A DNA stretch of 55,642 nucleotides, counting the filler, from Squatina squatina (Eukaryota), in NCBI GenBank assembly GCA_031763465.1. It is 3 parts of 3 records of this genome, joined end to end, with 100 filler letters (N's around TTAATTAATTAA, not from the genome) between each part and the next. Parts side by side here need not be neighbours in the genome. Positions count along the whole stretch, not along the records: positions 1 to 20,380 come from JARFOE010000121.1; positions 20,481 to 40,845 come from JARFOE010000016.1; 1 more part is not named here. One strand, 5' to 3'. The position numbers were made by a program, and so were the translations under genes. Below, in pieces: positions 12,331 through 23,680 of the stretch (positions are counted from its first letter, which is position 1; each line of letters starts with the position of its first letter). The notes beneath the pieces are model-generated. The model was not told the origin of the DNA. It did not search any database and saw only the letters and a program-made list of their open reading frames with translations.

Positions 12331-13628
12331 GACTGAATGCTCAATAAAAAGCAAAAAGCAAAGATAAATGGNNNNNNNNNNNNNNNNNNNNNNNNNNNNN
12401 NNNNNNNNNNNNNNNNNNNNNNNNNNNNNNNNNNNNNNNNNNNNNNNNNNNNNNNNNNNNNNNNNNNNNNNGTCCATTTTCGGTCTTGGTGCTAAGAGTA
12501 TTTGGCTGAGATTGTTCTTTTCAAATCCATTTCCTGACCAGCTAACACTGAATACAACTCTGGGTTTAAGAGAGCATGTTATGACTACATCAGGAATCCA
12601 AATTAATACAAGTTTACAGGTAGTACCCAATACCTAAACGATGCATCCTTAAATATAATGCTAATTAGGACCTTGCCCAACATAAGACTACATGGAAATC
12701 AAAGCTGTACAAATGGTACCCGAGCAGAAAGACAGACTTTGATAAATGAAAAGTTATCTCCAGAACTGAAAGAAAGGCATTCTTCTTTTTAATTAAACTG
12801 TCAGCTCATAAAATAAAATATTTCTTTATTCCTCAACACAAGGTCAGCGATCTGTGGGTCAAATTGGATGTGAAGGTCACACATCTTAAATGAAATGCAT
12901 AAGCAAAGTGTAATATCCACTAATCAGGGCACACTGGGCTTTTAGTGTCATCTAGTGGTTAAATCGCGTTATTTTAACTCCTTGCAGACCACTGCAGTGA
13001 TCTAGGTAAATTCAGAATGTGAAACAGGAAAACTGCAGCTGCATTGAGAAGACATTGCCCTTTGTGGACTCATACCAGTTGTTCGAAGCTGGCTGCATTA
13101 TTGGTAACAGTAATGGATTTTATTTGATATAAGTAATACTTAATAGGTTAGAGCATTTGCACAGCAGTTTACAAGGTACAGTTGAGAATTATATTATCCC
13201 GGTGTTCCTTGGGTACAAGTTGTGATGTCCTGTTCCATGTCCCCTTTTCAGTTTGTCCTTATTCACCTTCCAGGTGCTTGCTGTTGAAACCTCTACACTT
13301 AAGAGTGGTTTTACGTCCCCTGGTTATAACCCACAAACAGGAACTTGCAGCAGAATTCATCCAATCACGGTTTTCCCCATACAGCTCCCCCGCAACCTAC
13401 CCAATCATATTGATGATACCTACAGGCACAGACAGCGTTTGGGTCCCTCTTATCTCTGTCTTCAGTCTCATCACGAGCTTCTATTGTCTCTGTGTTAATG
13501 GCCCATCCTGCAGATCTTGAAACTAATAGCCAAACTGACTGTTATCGAGTCTTCAAAACATTGTCTTCTTTACTAATTTAATTGGAGGAATGAATGTAAC
13601 CATGGCCTATCAAAAAAAAGAGATTTAG

Positions 13629-13939
13629 AGGGCCAAAATTCAAGTACTTTTAGCACCCCAATCTCACCAGTCGTAGTCGCTACCGGGGCGCTAAGGATTT
13701 TTTTTTGAGGTTTTTAACATTGGTCCTGCCGAGCAGGACATTCAGGGCCAGTTTTGCAGAGGCGGCCACAGGAGACGCCTCCGCAGCCCAGCACGACAAC
13801 ATTCTCACTCTGAGCGAACTGGCAGTAAATTAGCAGCTGAAATCGCAGCGGTCGCCTGGGGTTAGCAATGACAGCAAAATCTGTCGCTGCAGAGATGGCC
13901 CCTGACCCGACACCATTTTTTAGTGATTTGAAAAGGTAT
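13629..13939. mobile_element. GC-rich non-autonomous DNA transposon remnant (Harbinger-like)
   Basis: Abrupt CpG-rich segment starting GGGCCAAAATT, similar to the GGGCCTGAAAT and GGGTGCCCAATT starts at 38027 and 47674. Truncated by a gap. Confidence 0.4.
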
Positions 13940-14039
13940 NNNNNNNNNNNNNNNNNNNNNNNNNNNNNNNNNNNNNNNNNNNNNNNNNNNNNNNNNNNNN
14001 NNNNNNNNNNNNNNNNNNNNNNNNNNNNNNNNNNNNNNN

Positions 14040-14392
14040 ATAAACTTCTTAGAGGGCTGCACAGGGTAAATGCTGAGAGGCTGTTTCCCCTGGCTAGGGA
14101 GATCATAGTCTCAGGGTAAGGGGTCAGCCATTTTAGGACTGTGATGAAGAGAAATTTCTTCACTCAGGGGGTTGTGAACCTTTGGAATTCTCTGCCCCAG
14201 AGGGCTGTGGATGCTCAGTCATTGAGTATATTCAAGGCGGAGATTGATAGATTTTTGGACACTCATGGAATCAAGAAATATGGGGATAGGGCGGGAAAGT
14301 GGAGTTGAGGTAGAAGATCAGCCCTGATCTTATTGACTGGGGGAGCAGGTTCGAGGGCCATATAGCTTACTCCTGCTCCTAGTTCTTATGTT
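14040..14392 (+). mobile_element. CR1-type LINE 3' end
   Basis: KLLRGLHRVNAERLFPLA... then RNFFTQGVVNLWNSLPQRAVDAQSLSIFKAEIDRFL in a shifted frame. CR1 tail with TTCTTATGTTCT. Confidence 0.92.
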
Positions 14393-15399
14393 CTCTGGAT
14401 TACTAGTCCAGTAACATAATCACTACACTACTGTACCCATTACTATCGAACATAATGGGCCAGAATTTGCTGAAAAATAATAGTGCCTTATTTGATTTGA
14501 CATTAAATTCACTGTCTATTTCACTGTCCTTCTCAGTCCTTGCTCTGTTTATTTGTCAATCTTTTAAGCTCGCTGGTTAAGGAGATGCACTATCTGTCCC
14601 ATTGTTCACCAAGCTCCCAGNNNNNNNNNNAACTTTCTGGGCACAAAAAATTTAAAAACCTAAACATGCAATTGTAAATCAAATTAAGGGCGTGTTGCTT
14701 TATATGGGCCAATATATACACAGTTCAATCAATTTAAGAGTTAAATATTGAGAGATTCAAACTTACAGGCTGTGCAATAAGCTTCTTATATGTACGTTTA
14801 TTGAATTTCACAACTGCACATTGGTATTGTAAGGTGCTCATTGAAATAGAGCACATTTCCACACCACGGATATGTTCTGAAACACAAGAGCAAAGTAACT
14901 GTAAAACACTTTGTAATCAACAGAGCATCCGAGAGAATTTGAAGAGATGGAAAAGGCAGTGGCCTCCTGAAGATCAACTCCTGTACTTTGTATAAGAGAT
15001 GAGCCTGTTACAGGCAAGGAAATTAATTGCACTGTGACTGTTCATCTGCCCATATACATCCAGCCTCCAAGCTCTCGCACAGTTCTCCAGGCCAATCAAG
15101 TACACCAGTATGGTCAGACCAAACAACAGCTACCTCCATCTTTTTTCTTCAGCAGCAAGTGTAAGTATCCTCAAGTCACAACAAATTACCCAAGGTTTAG
15201 CAAAATTAAACATTTCCCAATTCGTCATCCTTATTTCCTATTTTTCTCCTTTATAACTTCCACTGGTACCTCCTATTGCTATGCTTGCCCTTGTAGATCG
15301 GAGGGCAAGAAGGTCTAAGGTTCATACTTGTCTCTGCTCAGGTGGCAAGTAATACACTTGTCAAAAGTTCCATCCTCATCTCCCTACTATTCATCACAT

Positions 15400-15520
15400 A
15401 AGGGAATCAAAGGATATGGGGCTTGGATGAGAAAGTGGAGTAGAGGTAGAAGATCTGCCATGATCATTGAATGGAGGAGCAGGCTCAAAGAGCCAATATG
15501 GCTTACTCCTGCTCCTATTA
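15400..15520 (+). mobile_element. CR1 3' tail fragment
   Basis: aagggaatcaaaggatatggg...gccatgatcattgaatggaggagcaggctc...tactcctgctcctatt matches the other CR1 tails in this window. Confidence 0.8.
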
Positions 15521-15854
15521 TCACCCCGTCACTTCCAACCAGGCAGAAAGGATAGTTTGAATTGCAGATGTCTCCATAATTACCATCAATGCTGCTCTGC
15601 AACTGGGCAGCTGGAAGTGTGATACAAGCAAGCAGATCTCTCTCTTTCTCTCTCTCTCTCAGATATAAATCCTACACAGCTTGCAATGAGTAATCTGTGC
15701 TCAAATTCAAATTAATGACCATGTATTGGGAGCAAAGAGTTCAGCTGCTTGATANNNNNNNNNNNNNNNNNNNNNNNNNNNNNNNNNNNNNNNNNNNNNN
15801 NNNNNNNNNNNNNNNNNNNNNNNNNNNNNNNNNNNNNNNNNNNNNNNNNNNNNN

Positions 15855-16265
15855 CCAATGTTACACTTGCTGTTATATTTTCTGTCAATGACTACTTTGA
15901 TAGTGTCTTCCTGCACATTTGTACACAGTAGTGCAGTAACAGAAGTGGAGCAGGACATACTTGGACTCAAGTTGATCTCAATTAGCCATGGTTTAAAGTC
16001 TTCTCCCAGCAAGAAATCAGCACCATATAGTCCAAAATTATTTTTGCGGTCTTGTACAATAGACTGAACTGTCACCAAAGTACAAATGATAGCCTTTTTC
16101 ATAGAAGGGTAGACAATCTCCTGCCAGATGTTGTTGTGGCCTGTAATTTTTAAATAGTCTTGGAACTGGCCACTTGACCACATGCTTTCTGTCGGCACCA
16201 AAGGGTTACGTTCAGTAGATGGATTTAATCGCTTCTGAATGGCATTGTTGCAGAGATGCACTGAA
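15855..16265 (-). CDS. TTLL8: Tubulin glycylase (TTLL3/TTLL8 family) catalytic exon, 3' end lost in a gap
   Basis: Acceptor tttttccacag|T at 16266/16265. Open frame SVHLCNNAIQKRL...MWSSGQFQDYL...IVYPSMKKAII...FGLYGADFLLGEDFKPWLIEINLSPSM...LCTNVQEDTIKVVIDRK shows the TTL-domain motifs (HLCNN, GxD, WLIEIN). TTLL8 rather than TTLL3 is inferred from adjacency to MLC1 on the same strand, as I recall for human 22q13.33. Confidence 0.9.
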
Positions 16266-16479
16266 CTGTGGAAAAATTAAACATTGTTGTATTCATTTTG
16301 CAAGAAGTTTGGCACAAACACTGTTATTCAATTTTTAAAAAGATTATTTTCCCAATATTGCACTGAAAGTCCACATGATAAAAGCAATGGTAAAAATTTG
16401 CATGGTAAAAGGGCAGCAGGGCCCATTACTCTGCTCCCACCTTGGCAGCCTGACGACAAGGTCATTAACATAACTGTAA

Positions 16480-16586
16480 CATAGAAACAGTGAAGATAGG
16501 TGCAGGAGTAGGCCATTTGGCTCTTCGAGCCTGCTCCGCCATTCAATAAGATCATGGCTGATCATCCAAATTCAGTACCCTGTCCT
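16480..16586 (-). mobile_element. CR1 3' tail (intronic)
   Basis: acatagaaac...taggtgcaggagtaggccatttggctcttcgagcctgctccgccattcaataagatcatggctgatc is the reverse-complemented CR1 tail. Confidence 0.85.
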
Positions 16587-17125
16587 NNNNNNNNNNNNNN
16601 NNNNNNNNNNNNNNNNNNNNNNNNNNNNNNNNNNNNNNNNNNNNNNNNNNNNNNNNNNNNNNNNNNNNNNNNNNNNNNNNNNNNNNATTCCAGTATGGGT
16701 ACAAACGTGTGCCAGGAAAATTTGTGGTTATTTTGCACATCTTCTAAATCCAAACACAATAAAGTTTATAAACTTTTTAAACAAAAACATAGATATTGTG
16801 GTTGAATTGACGTGGGGGCTCTACCACTCATCGCCATAACTTTGGTGGAAGAGCTGCGGAAGCCCCAGTAAAGGAGCGTAAGTGGTTTTTACATGTTTTT
16901 TCCCCATCGTTCCACAGCTGTTCCACTGAGTCTACAGCAGACGATCGGGAGAAACCCTGCTGAAGTTCACAGCCCTTCGGCTCATCTAAAGTTACTCATA
17001 TTTTTCAGTTGACACATTTGGGCCTGCCAGTATTCATTCAACAAGGATTGATTATATCTTTTAAATCTATATTAAGCTTTCATGTTTTATGGCTTGTTTT
17101 TTGTTTTGTTCTGACNNNNNNNNNN

Positions 17126-17256
17126 GGCTTCTTCAGTTCCTTCAGTATCACCATTTTCTATCTGACCTTCTCCAGTGTTTGGACTTGATAGATCACTTGC
17201 AGGATTGTAAATCACCCATTTCAGTATACTGATTGCACTGGTAAGTCTGAAGTCAT
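17126..17256 (-). CDS. TTLL8: Upstream internal exon of the same tubulin glycylase; donor not visible (10-N gap)
   Basis: Acceptor ttgctttcag|AT at 17257/17256 (phase 1). Reads (D)DFRLTSAISILKWVIYNPASDLSSPNTGEGQIENGDTEGTEEA, matching the TTLL3/8 'EDFxLTAAxxILKWVV' exon start as I recall it. Confidence 0.78.
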
Positions 17257-19829
17257 CTGAAAGCAACATTTTGTCTGTTTTTACACTTGAGTTATTTGTA
17301 AGCTCAGTAAAACAAACGTGCATTTTCAGTAAATTTATCCTGGAGGATTTCTAAGGAAACAGATTTGTTGTAGTCACTTTTACTTCTGTGTCCCACAGGC
17401 ATTTACAACCTTTGATTGAGTGACTAAGTTAATTTGTAACTGACATATTTGGGTTGACATTTAAGAATAGAAAGGAGCCCACATTCCGATACAGTCCCAC
17501 GGGTTTTCACCAGTTGAGCCAGTGGCTAATAACAAGGAAATTCACCTCAGCGTCTTTACCCAACTGGAATGTTGGGTGCTTCTGGAGAGTATTTCCTTCC
17601 ATCAATACTGGTTTGTCCTCGCAGGGAGGAGGATTTTGTTAAATTGCCTAACTCAGGCATAAAATGGAAAGGCACTTCACTTAAAAGGTATTTCCCTCTA
17701 CAGTATGTCCACGCTTAACCAAAAGTCAACACCTTTTTTCTTTATACGTCAGGTTCTTATCAAACTCTATTCTTTCATAGCAGCATATTTTTTTAAAAAA
17801 CGTTAGGAAACATGTATGCAGAATAAAAACATATTCAAGCACGTAATGGGAAGTGGAGAGGATGCAAGAGGTCATACTCAAAAGCAAAACTGAAGAAAGG
17901 ATGTGGTGAGGATGGGGGTGGAGAGGGCGATAGAAATATGGGTTACAATAATGTGCTATAAAGATTTACCTAATGTCCCCTATGTGATTATGCAGCCCAG
18001 AGGTGATATTTTGAATAAACCTCAAGCCAAAAGTCATTTATCCATTTTGCACTTCTGAGTCAAAATTACTCCTTTCCTTAAAAATGTCTCAAATGAGTTT
18101 TAATTTCTTTGCAGTCATTTTTTTACAGCACAATCAGGAGCATGCGATTTATAACAGACTGCTTTTTATGAGATGTTATGAGGCACAACACACACATAGC
18201 AGAGGAGTCAATCCTTTGATTGCACACCATGATGCATCTGCAATAATGCTGCTGTGCCACTTGTTAAGGTGCCACTGAGGTTCCTAATTGCTTTAAGACA
18301 TGTATTATCCAGTAATTCAGTTGTGATTAAGGAAAATATTCTGAACAAAGCAAAGAAGATGTAAAGGAAGGCAATATGGAAGACCCCTCCAGACTCTTGT
18401 AGCTGAATTAAGAATGTAGCAAATTATCCTTTGCAAGGCTAAAGGGTGCACAACCAATAGTGGGAGGGGATAGCAAAGTGACCAACATCACCTCACACAC
18501 CAGGAACACCTGGGGATGGGTGAAGAGAGTTCCAAATAAACCAAAAAAATCTTGGTGTGAATTTCTCTACTATCGTCTAGTCAAACACGAAAAAAAAAAG
18601 CTATATCCTTGATATAAATTGCAACACAAATGCCAGAACTCTGATCGTACTCCCCACAGCCATGTGAAATTCTACGGTAAACAAATAACATTAATGCACC
18701 CTATTTAGGACATGCTCTTCACTTTCATGTGATATCATTGAATTACCGATAATCAAAGCAGTCATGTGTCTTTCTGTGATCAAATGTTCCATGGGTAAAA
18801 GAGGCAAACAATGAAAACTGATGTGCAGGAACTACACGTAGTCCATATGTGAGCTTGACCGGAAGATTTGTGCCAGTCTCATGAAATCACACCCCTCCCT
18901 GCCAATGATGGGAATTACCCGTGAAAGTATGCAGTGAGCACATCATGGGCAATCCTAGCCCAGATTTAGGACTTTCTGGGCCACTAGAACAGGAACGTAG
19001 CCACCTGAAGACCACCCATCACACATACTCCTTCACTAAGCAACAGAGTTATTAACAGTAAAGTTAATTCACAAAGCAAAAAGGGACAGCACTGTGTCAT
19101 ATCACGCAGAATGTATTAACACCACATGCACTACCTCATTGATCAAAGATGTTCGAGCATAGAGTGCATGTGATTTGGGCAGGAGGGGGGAGAAATTTGG
19201 AGGAGAACATGGGTTTCTACTTCTTTCTGACTAGGTTCCTAAATTCAATGGATGGGGTGGACATTTCATCCACTTGTTGCCCCCCACCTCCCCCCTCCTG
19301 AGATTGAGAACTCTGTGCACATGGACTGTACCNNNNNNNNNNNNNNNNNNNNNNNNNNNNNNNNNNNNNNNNNNNNNNNNNNNNNNNNNNNNNNNNNNNN
19401 NNNNNNNNNNNNNNNNNNNNNNNNNNNNNNNNTTGTTTATTTTGTACACCAATAAACAAAACTCGTGCTTGCCATTGTGTATTAGAACTTCTGCAATTGA
19501 TTAAAGAAAATTCCAGTTAGTCTGGTACAATCCAAAAAAAAAACTATATAAAAATCATCAGTTATGGAATCAATAAAAGCAATATTCTGGAAAATGTTAT
19601 TATATGAATGCTTAACTCAAATGAAACACGTTTTTAAAGTTACAGATTGATTTGTTAATGTCAGTTTGATTCAGAAGTACTGAATTAATTGAACATAAAT
19701 GCCATTATTTACAATGTTTACCTAATGTTGGATAATATGCAGAGTTCTAAAATGACCAACTGGTAAATAAATGTACATGTCAGGTGCTGGTGCTATTATT
19801 TGAAGGCACATCCAGGAAACAGTTTGTTG

Positions 19830-19904
19830 CTACTGCACCATCTGTACCATGACAGCTTTCCATGCCTTGTCTTTGTCAAAGTCTTTTGGAGCGAGTTTGG
19901 GTAT
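19830..19904 (-). CDS. MLC1: MLC1 terminal coding exon (megalencephalic leukoencephalopathy membrane protein)
   Basis: Acceptor tatttcttatctag|ATA. The 75 nt read IPKLAPKDFDKDKAWKAVMVQMVQ*, matching the recalled human MLC1 C-terminus ...[20 protein letters not shown]. An AT-rich 3' UTR follows, with a minus-strand AATAAA at 19436-19441. Missed by the ORF track. Confidence 0.92.
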   Translation of the reverse strand: MPKLAPKDFDKDKAWKAVMVQMVQ

Positions 19905-20380
19905 CTAGATAAGAAATATAATAATTTCAATCCAATTGTAAAAACAATCAAATAGATAAACAAATAAACTGAGTGCAATACTTAACTTGTATTATCAGTA
20001 AATATGGGAAAATAATTCATTGGTTTCAGCTGATGAAGTATAAAAAGGTAGTCTTTCTATTGATAGCAATGTTATAAAATAAAATTACCTGTCAACTCTT
20101 AATCCAAAAAATGAAGGAAAGAAACAGAATACTTAGGTGAGGCAAGCTATAGTATGGTTCTTCACTCCTGTATTTACCAGTCCATGATTTTCCTTCGTAG
20201 GCTGGCAAGTGGAGAAATGGAAAACTCAGGTCCTGGATAATTACATATTTGTTTCTGCATTTTTATACTTGCCTCAACTGCCTTGCCATTCTCCTTTTGG
20301 AAATCTGACATATTCCATGTTGAATCATAATATTTAATTTGAATCTTGTAGCTTACGCAGTGGACGACTGTGGCAAGTGA

Positions 20381-20480
20381 NNNNNNNNNNNNNNNNNNNN
20401 NNNNNNNNNNNNNNNNNNNNNNNNTTAATTAATTAANNNNNNNNNNNNNNNNNNNNNNNNNNNNNNNNNNNNNNNNNNNN
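20381..20480. other. Artificial scaffold-joining linker
   Basis: 44 N + TTAATTAATTAA (20425-20436; stops in all six frames) + 44 N. Confidence 0.97.
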
Positions 20481-21569
20481 GCGTTTTCTTCGATGGCCCG
20501 GTAAGGATCTTTACCGACCAAAGCCTTTCACGATTTTGCTGAGCGTTTCGCTCACTTAGGAGATTGTCCTTTTATCTGCTTCAGGTGTCTCGTGGAAATG
20601 ACTCCACTACACGACCACGATGCCTTCTTCTTCGATGTTTGCCGGAGGTCGCTCTCGATGTTGTTCTCACTGGTGTTGCTCCTGGTGTTTCTTCTCTCGG
20701 TGAAGCTTACTCTACTCATGTCTCCGTACTCTACCGCTCCTGGTGTGTGTTGGTGCCTCTCGCTGAGGGCCAGTTATACCCGAAAATGTGATTTCTGGAT
20801 CGCGCCAAAAATCGTCTGGCCTGCACTGTGTAATTAAAATGCACTTTTTCTCAAAGTCTTGAGCAAATACCAGCTTGTCCTGGTGCCTCGAGGTCTGGCT
20901 ATCCCTCGGGGAGAAGAATGACTCTCCGGGGGGTTTGAGCGCCTCACCTGGAATTTGTTTTTCCAATTGAAATGCTTTCGATGGCCTGACTGTCTGGCCC
21001 ATCGATTTGAATTGCTGTATTTGACACCTCTGTTGTTTGACCTCGCTTGGGACAAAAACGTTTCTGTATTTTGGATGGGTTTAATTCCTTTGAAACCCTT
21101 GTGGTTTTGATAGCCAAATGTCTTCTTAACTGGTTTATCTGAATGAATGGGCCGGGGGTGTCTGGCCCATGTCAAAAATATGTATTCATCTTCTTCATCT
21201 GATTAATGTCCGTATGGGCCGGGATATCTGGCCCATGTTAAATATGTATCATCTACTTATCTACTTATCTTCTCATTGTCTTCTCGCCAATCCTTTGTAG
21301 CAGTTAGAACTGCAATTCATCTCTTCCCAGACCATGTAACAGTGGTTCTGTTTTGTTCAAATAAAGAAGTGTCTCCAGCCCACGTAGCTGGAATGTCTAA
21401 TTACCATTTCCAATTGTCTGTTTGATTGACATGGCTCTGCAGTAATTTTGTTCCTGCTGGTCAGCAGTCTGTGTTTTAAGGTTCTGACTCATGTCCCACC
21501 ATTTTGTCCCTTGCTGCGTGGTCTTGGTTTTATGATATTAAAAACACAAATTTTGGCCCGATTCTTACA
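20481..21569 (-). mobile_element. LTR-like element (Gypsy/ERV-type LTR, U3-R portion)
   Basis: Minus strand starts TGTAAGAATCGGGCC (TG terminus shared with the copy at 1-215). It has internal direct repeats (21147-21200 and 21214-21265), a TATA-like GGGTATAACTGG at ~20770-20781, and a CpG-rich downstream part. No coding region is visible. Confidence 0.65.
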
Positions 21570-22883
21570 GTGCCAAATCACCTCATTTATACTGTGGGAT
21601 AGACCCAGCAGCAACAGGGTTGCTGAGCACCAAGTGAATCTCATACATGCAAAATTAGTGCAAAGCAACATTAGTGACTATGTGGATCTGCCCATGGCCT
21701 GCTCCCCTGTTCCTGCAATGACAAATAGCACCAGCAGGACCTGTTGGCGACAGCGCGTAAGGTCAAAGGCAAGGGTAATGAAAGCCCCATTCCAGGAGGC
21801 TTTCACTGGCTCTGACATCAAGAGTGTTGGGTCATTTCTACTAGAGATTCCTCTGACAACACTTTAAAAAAAAATTAATCGTATGTTCTTCAAAGTCTGA
21901 GCGTATCACACCTGCTGTTCAGCGTCTGTTAGAGAACAGTCTGAGCTAATGCTGTTACAAGGGCAAAGCAGCAGTAGAGGATGTCGCCACGTTTACAACC
22001 TTTAGGATTGGATTTTGGTGTGAGCATTTGCATTGGCACAGTTTTGTATTATGCTGGGGTCAAAAGTGCAGTGTTATTCTGTGGCGCGGCAACATATCCA
22101 ACATGCAGGTCCTGGGAGAATTGGTGTTACTGATACACGTGGTTCTGCTAATGGGCTTTTTTGCCTTGTTAATTGCCTGCACTATCAAAATACATAGCAA
22201 CTAGACAGATGTAGCATAGGAGAATGAGCGCCTTAGAAAAAAGAGATTTATAGGTTAAATTTATTATTGAAAGTCTTCAAAAGTAATGTTGAATTGCTTG
22301 AGTCAAGTATGGCATTAAAAACTAAATATTATCTCTATTGCTAAAAGAGAGGGCAGAGTATTCATATGAAGGAAACAATGGCAAGCATGTGTCACAATTT
22401 TCCAACTTGTTGGGTACATTANNNNNNNNNNNNNNNNNNNNNNNNNNNNNNNNNNNNNNNNNNNNNNNNNNNNNNNNNNNNNNNNNNNNNNNNNNNNNNN
22501 NNNNNNNNNNNNNNNNNNNNNNNNNNNNNNNNNNNNNNNNNNNNNNNNNNNNNNNNNNNNNNNNNNNNNNNNNNNNNNNNNNNNNNNNNNNNNNNNNNNN
22601 NNNNNNNNNNNNNNNNNNNNNNNNNNNNNNNNNNNNNNNNNNNNNNNNNNNNNNNNNNNNNNNNNNNNNNNNNNNNNNNNNNNNNNNNNNNNNNNNNNNN
22701 NNNNNNNNNNNNNNNNNNNNNNNNNNNNNNNNNNNNNNNNNNNNNNNNNNNNNNNNNNNNNNNNNNNNNNNNNNNNNNNNNNNNNNNNNNNNNNNNNNNN
22801 NNNNNNNNNNNNNNNNNNNNNNNNNNNNNNNNNNNNNNNNNNNNNNNNNNNNNNNNNNNNNNNNNNNNNNNNNNNNNNNNNNN

Positions 22884-22897
22884 TACAAAATCTAAAC
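22884..22897 (-). CDS. Possible start of the next KIF28 exon, running into a 462-N gap
   Basis: Strong acceptor gtcttatttctgcag|G at 22898/22897. Phase-compatible with the exon ending at 36270 (CG|G TTT AGA TTT TGT = R-F-R-F-C versus recalled G-Y-R-I-Y). Only 14 nt are visible. Confidence 0.3.
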
Positions 22898-23429
22898 CTG
22901 CAGAAATAAGACATGACAGACCAATCAATAAAACGAACCAACAGCCTGTGTGTGCTTATTCTGCATGCTCTCCTTCTGTGCATCTGTCAGCCATTTTGAA
23001 TGCTCAGATGGCTGTTGCATCAGCTCATTTTGTGCTATCCTGTGTTGTAATTGATGACATTAACAGTAATTTAGATCACAATTGGTCTCTTAGTTATTTC
23101 GAATCAGTTAACAAAATTCTGGAAGAGGTGGAAACATGTCACAGACCTTCATCTGCGGTGACGATATTGAGCAACACAAAGCAATTGTGCCATTGCCAGG
23201 AGCATGTGTTAATGTACAGCTCCGCGCAAACAATGGCAGAAAACACATTGTGCCACACAACAGTGCGAAACCAAATTAGCAAAGATCCGACTTGGAACAA
23301 AATTTATCTCCTGCTTGGAAGAAACAAAATTGGATGGGCAACAAGAACAACAACAACCATTTATTTTGAAATACAAAAGCAAAATACTGCGGATGCTGGA
23401 ATCTGCTGGAACCATTTATTTCGGGCTTT

Positions 23430-23680
23430 TAACATCTAAAATCCCAAAAGTTCTTCACAAATAAAGGTACATAGAGAGTGAACACTGAGCCATGGAGGGA
23501 GAGATTTGGAGGGGTGACTGAAAGCCTCAATCAAAAAGACGGGTTTTGAGATTATTTGACATCTGGTTTCGGCTGCAGACAGGCTGAGTTGGGTCGGAGG
23601 CAGCCTTGGTGCTGAAAAGAATGTGAGATGTTCAGCTGTGGTCCAAAGAGGATATCAAAGTTTTACATGGTCTGGTTCAG
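23430..23680 (-). mobile_element. Degraded L2-type LINE 3' fragment
   Basis: cactgagcca...ggggtgactgaaagcctc...gggttttgag resembles the reverse-complemented L2 3' region also seen at 31150-31310. Confidence 0.45.

Noticed and set aside
12472-12633. Minus-strand open frame after a weak acceptor (VLGTTCKLVLIWIPD...)
   Set aside because: No similarity to TTLL8 or IL17REL that I can recognise; runs into a gap.
20425-20436. TTAATTAATTAA palindrome as a biological motif (also 40890-40901)
   Set aside because: Centred in exactly 44+44 Ns twice; a synthetic six-frame-stop linker.
22315-23439. Long ORFs (up to 357 aa), and similar ones at 34099-34721
   Set aside because: Their length comes largely from translating N runs; the remaining sequence has no recognisable protein similarity.
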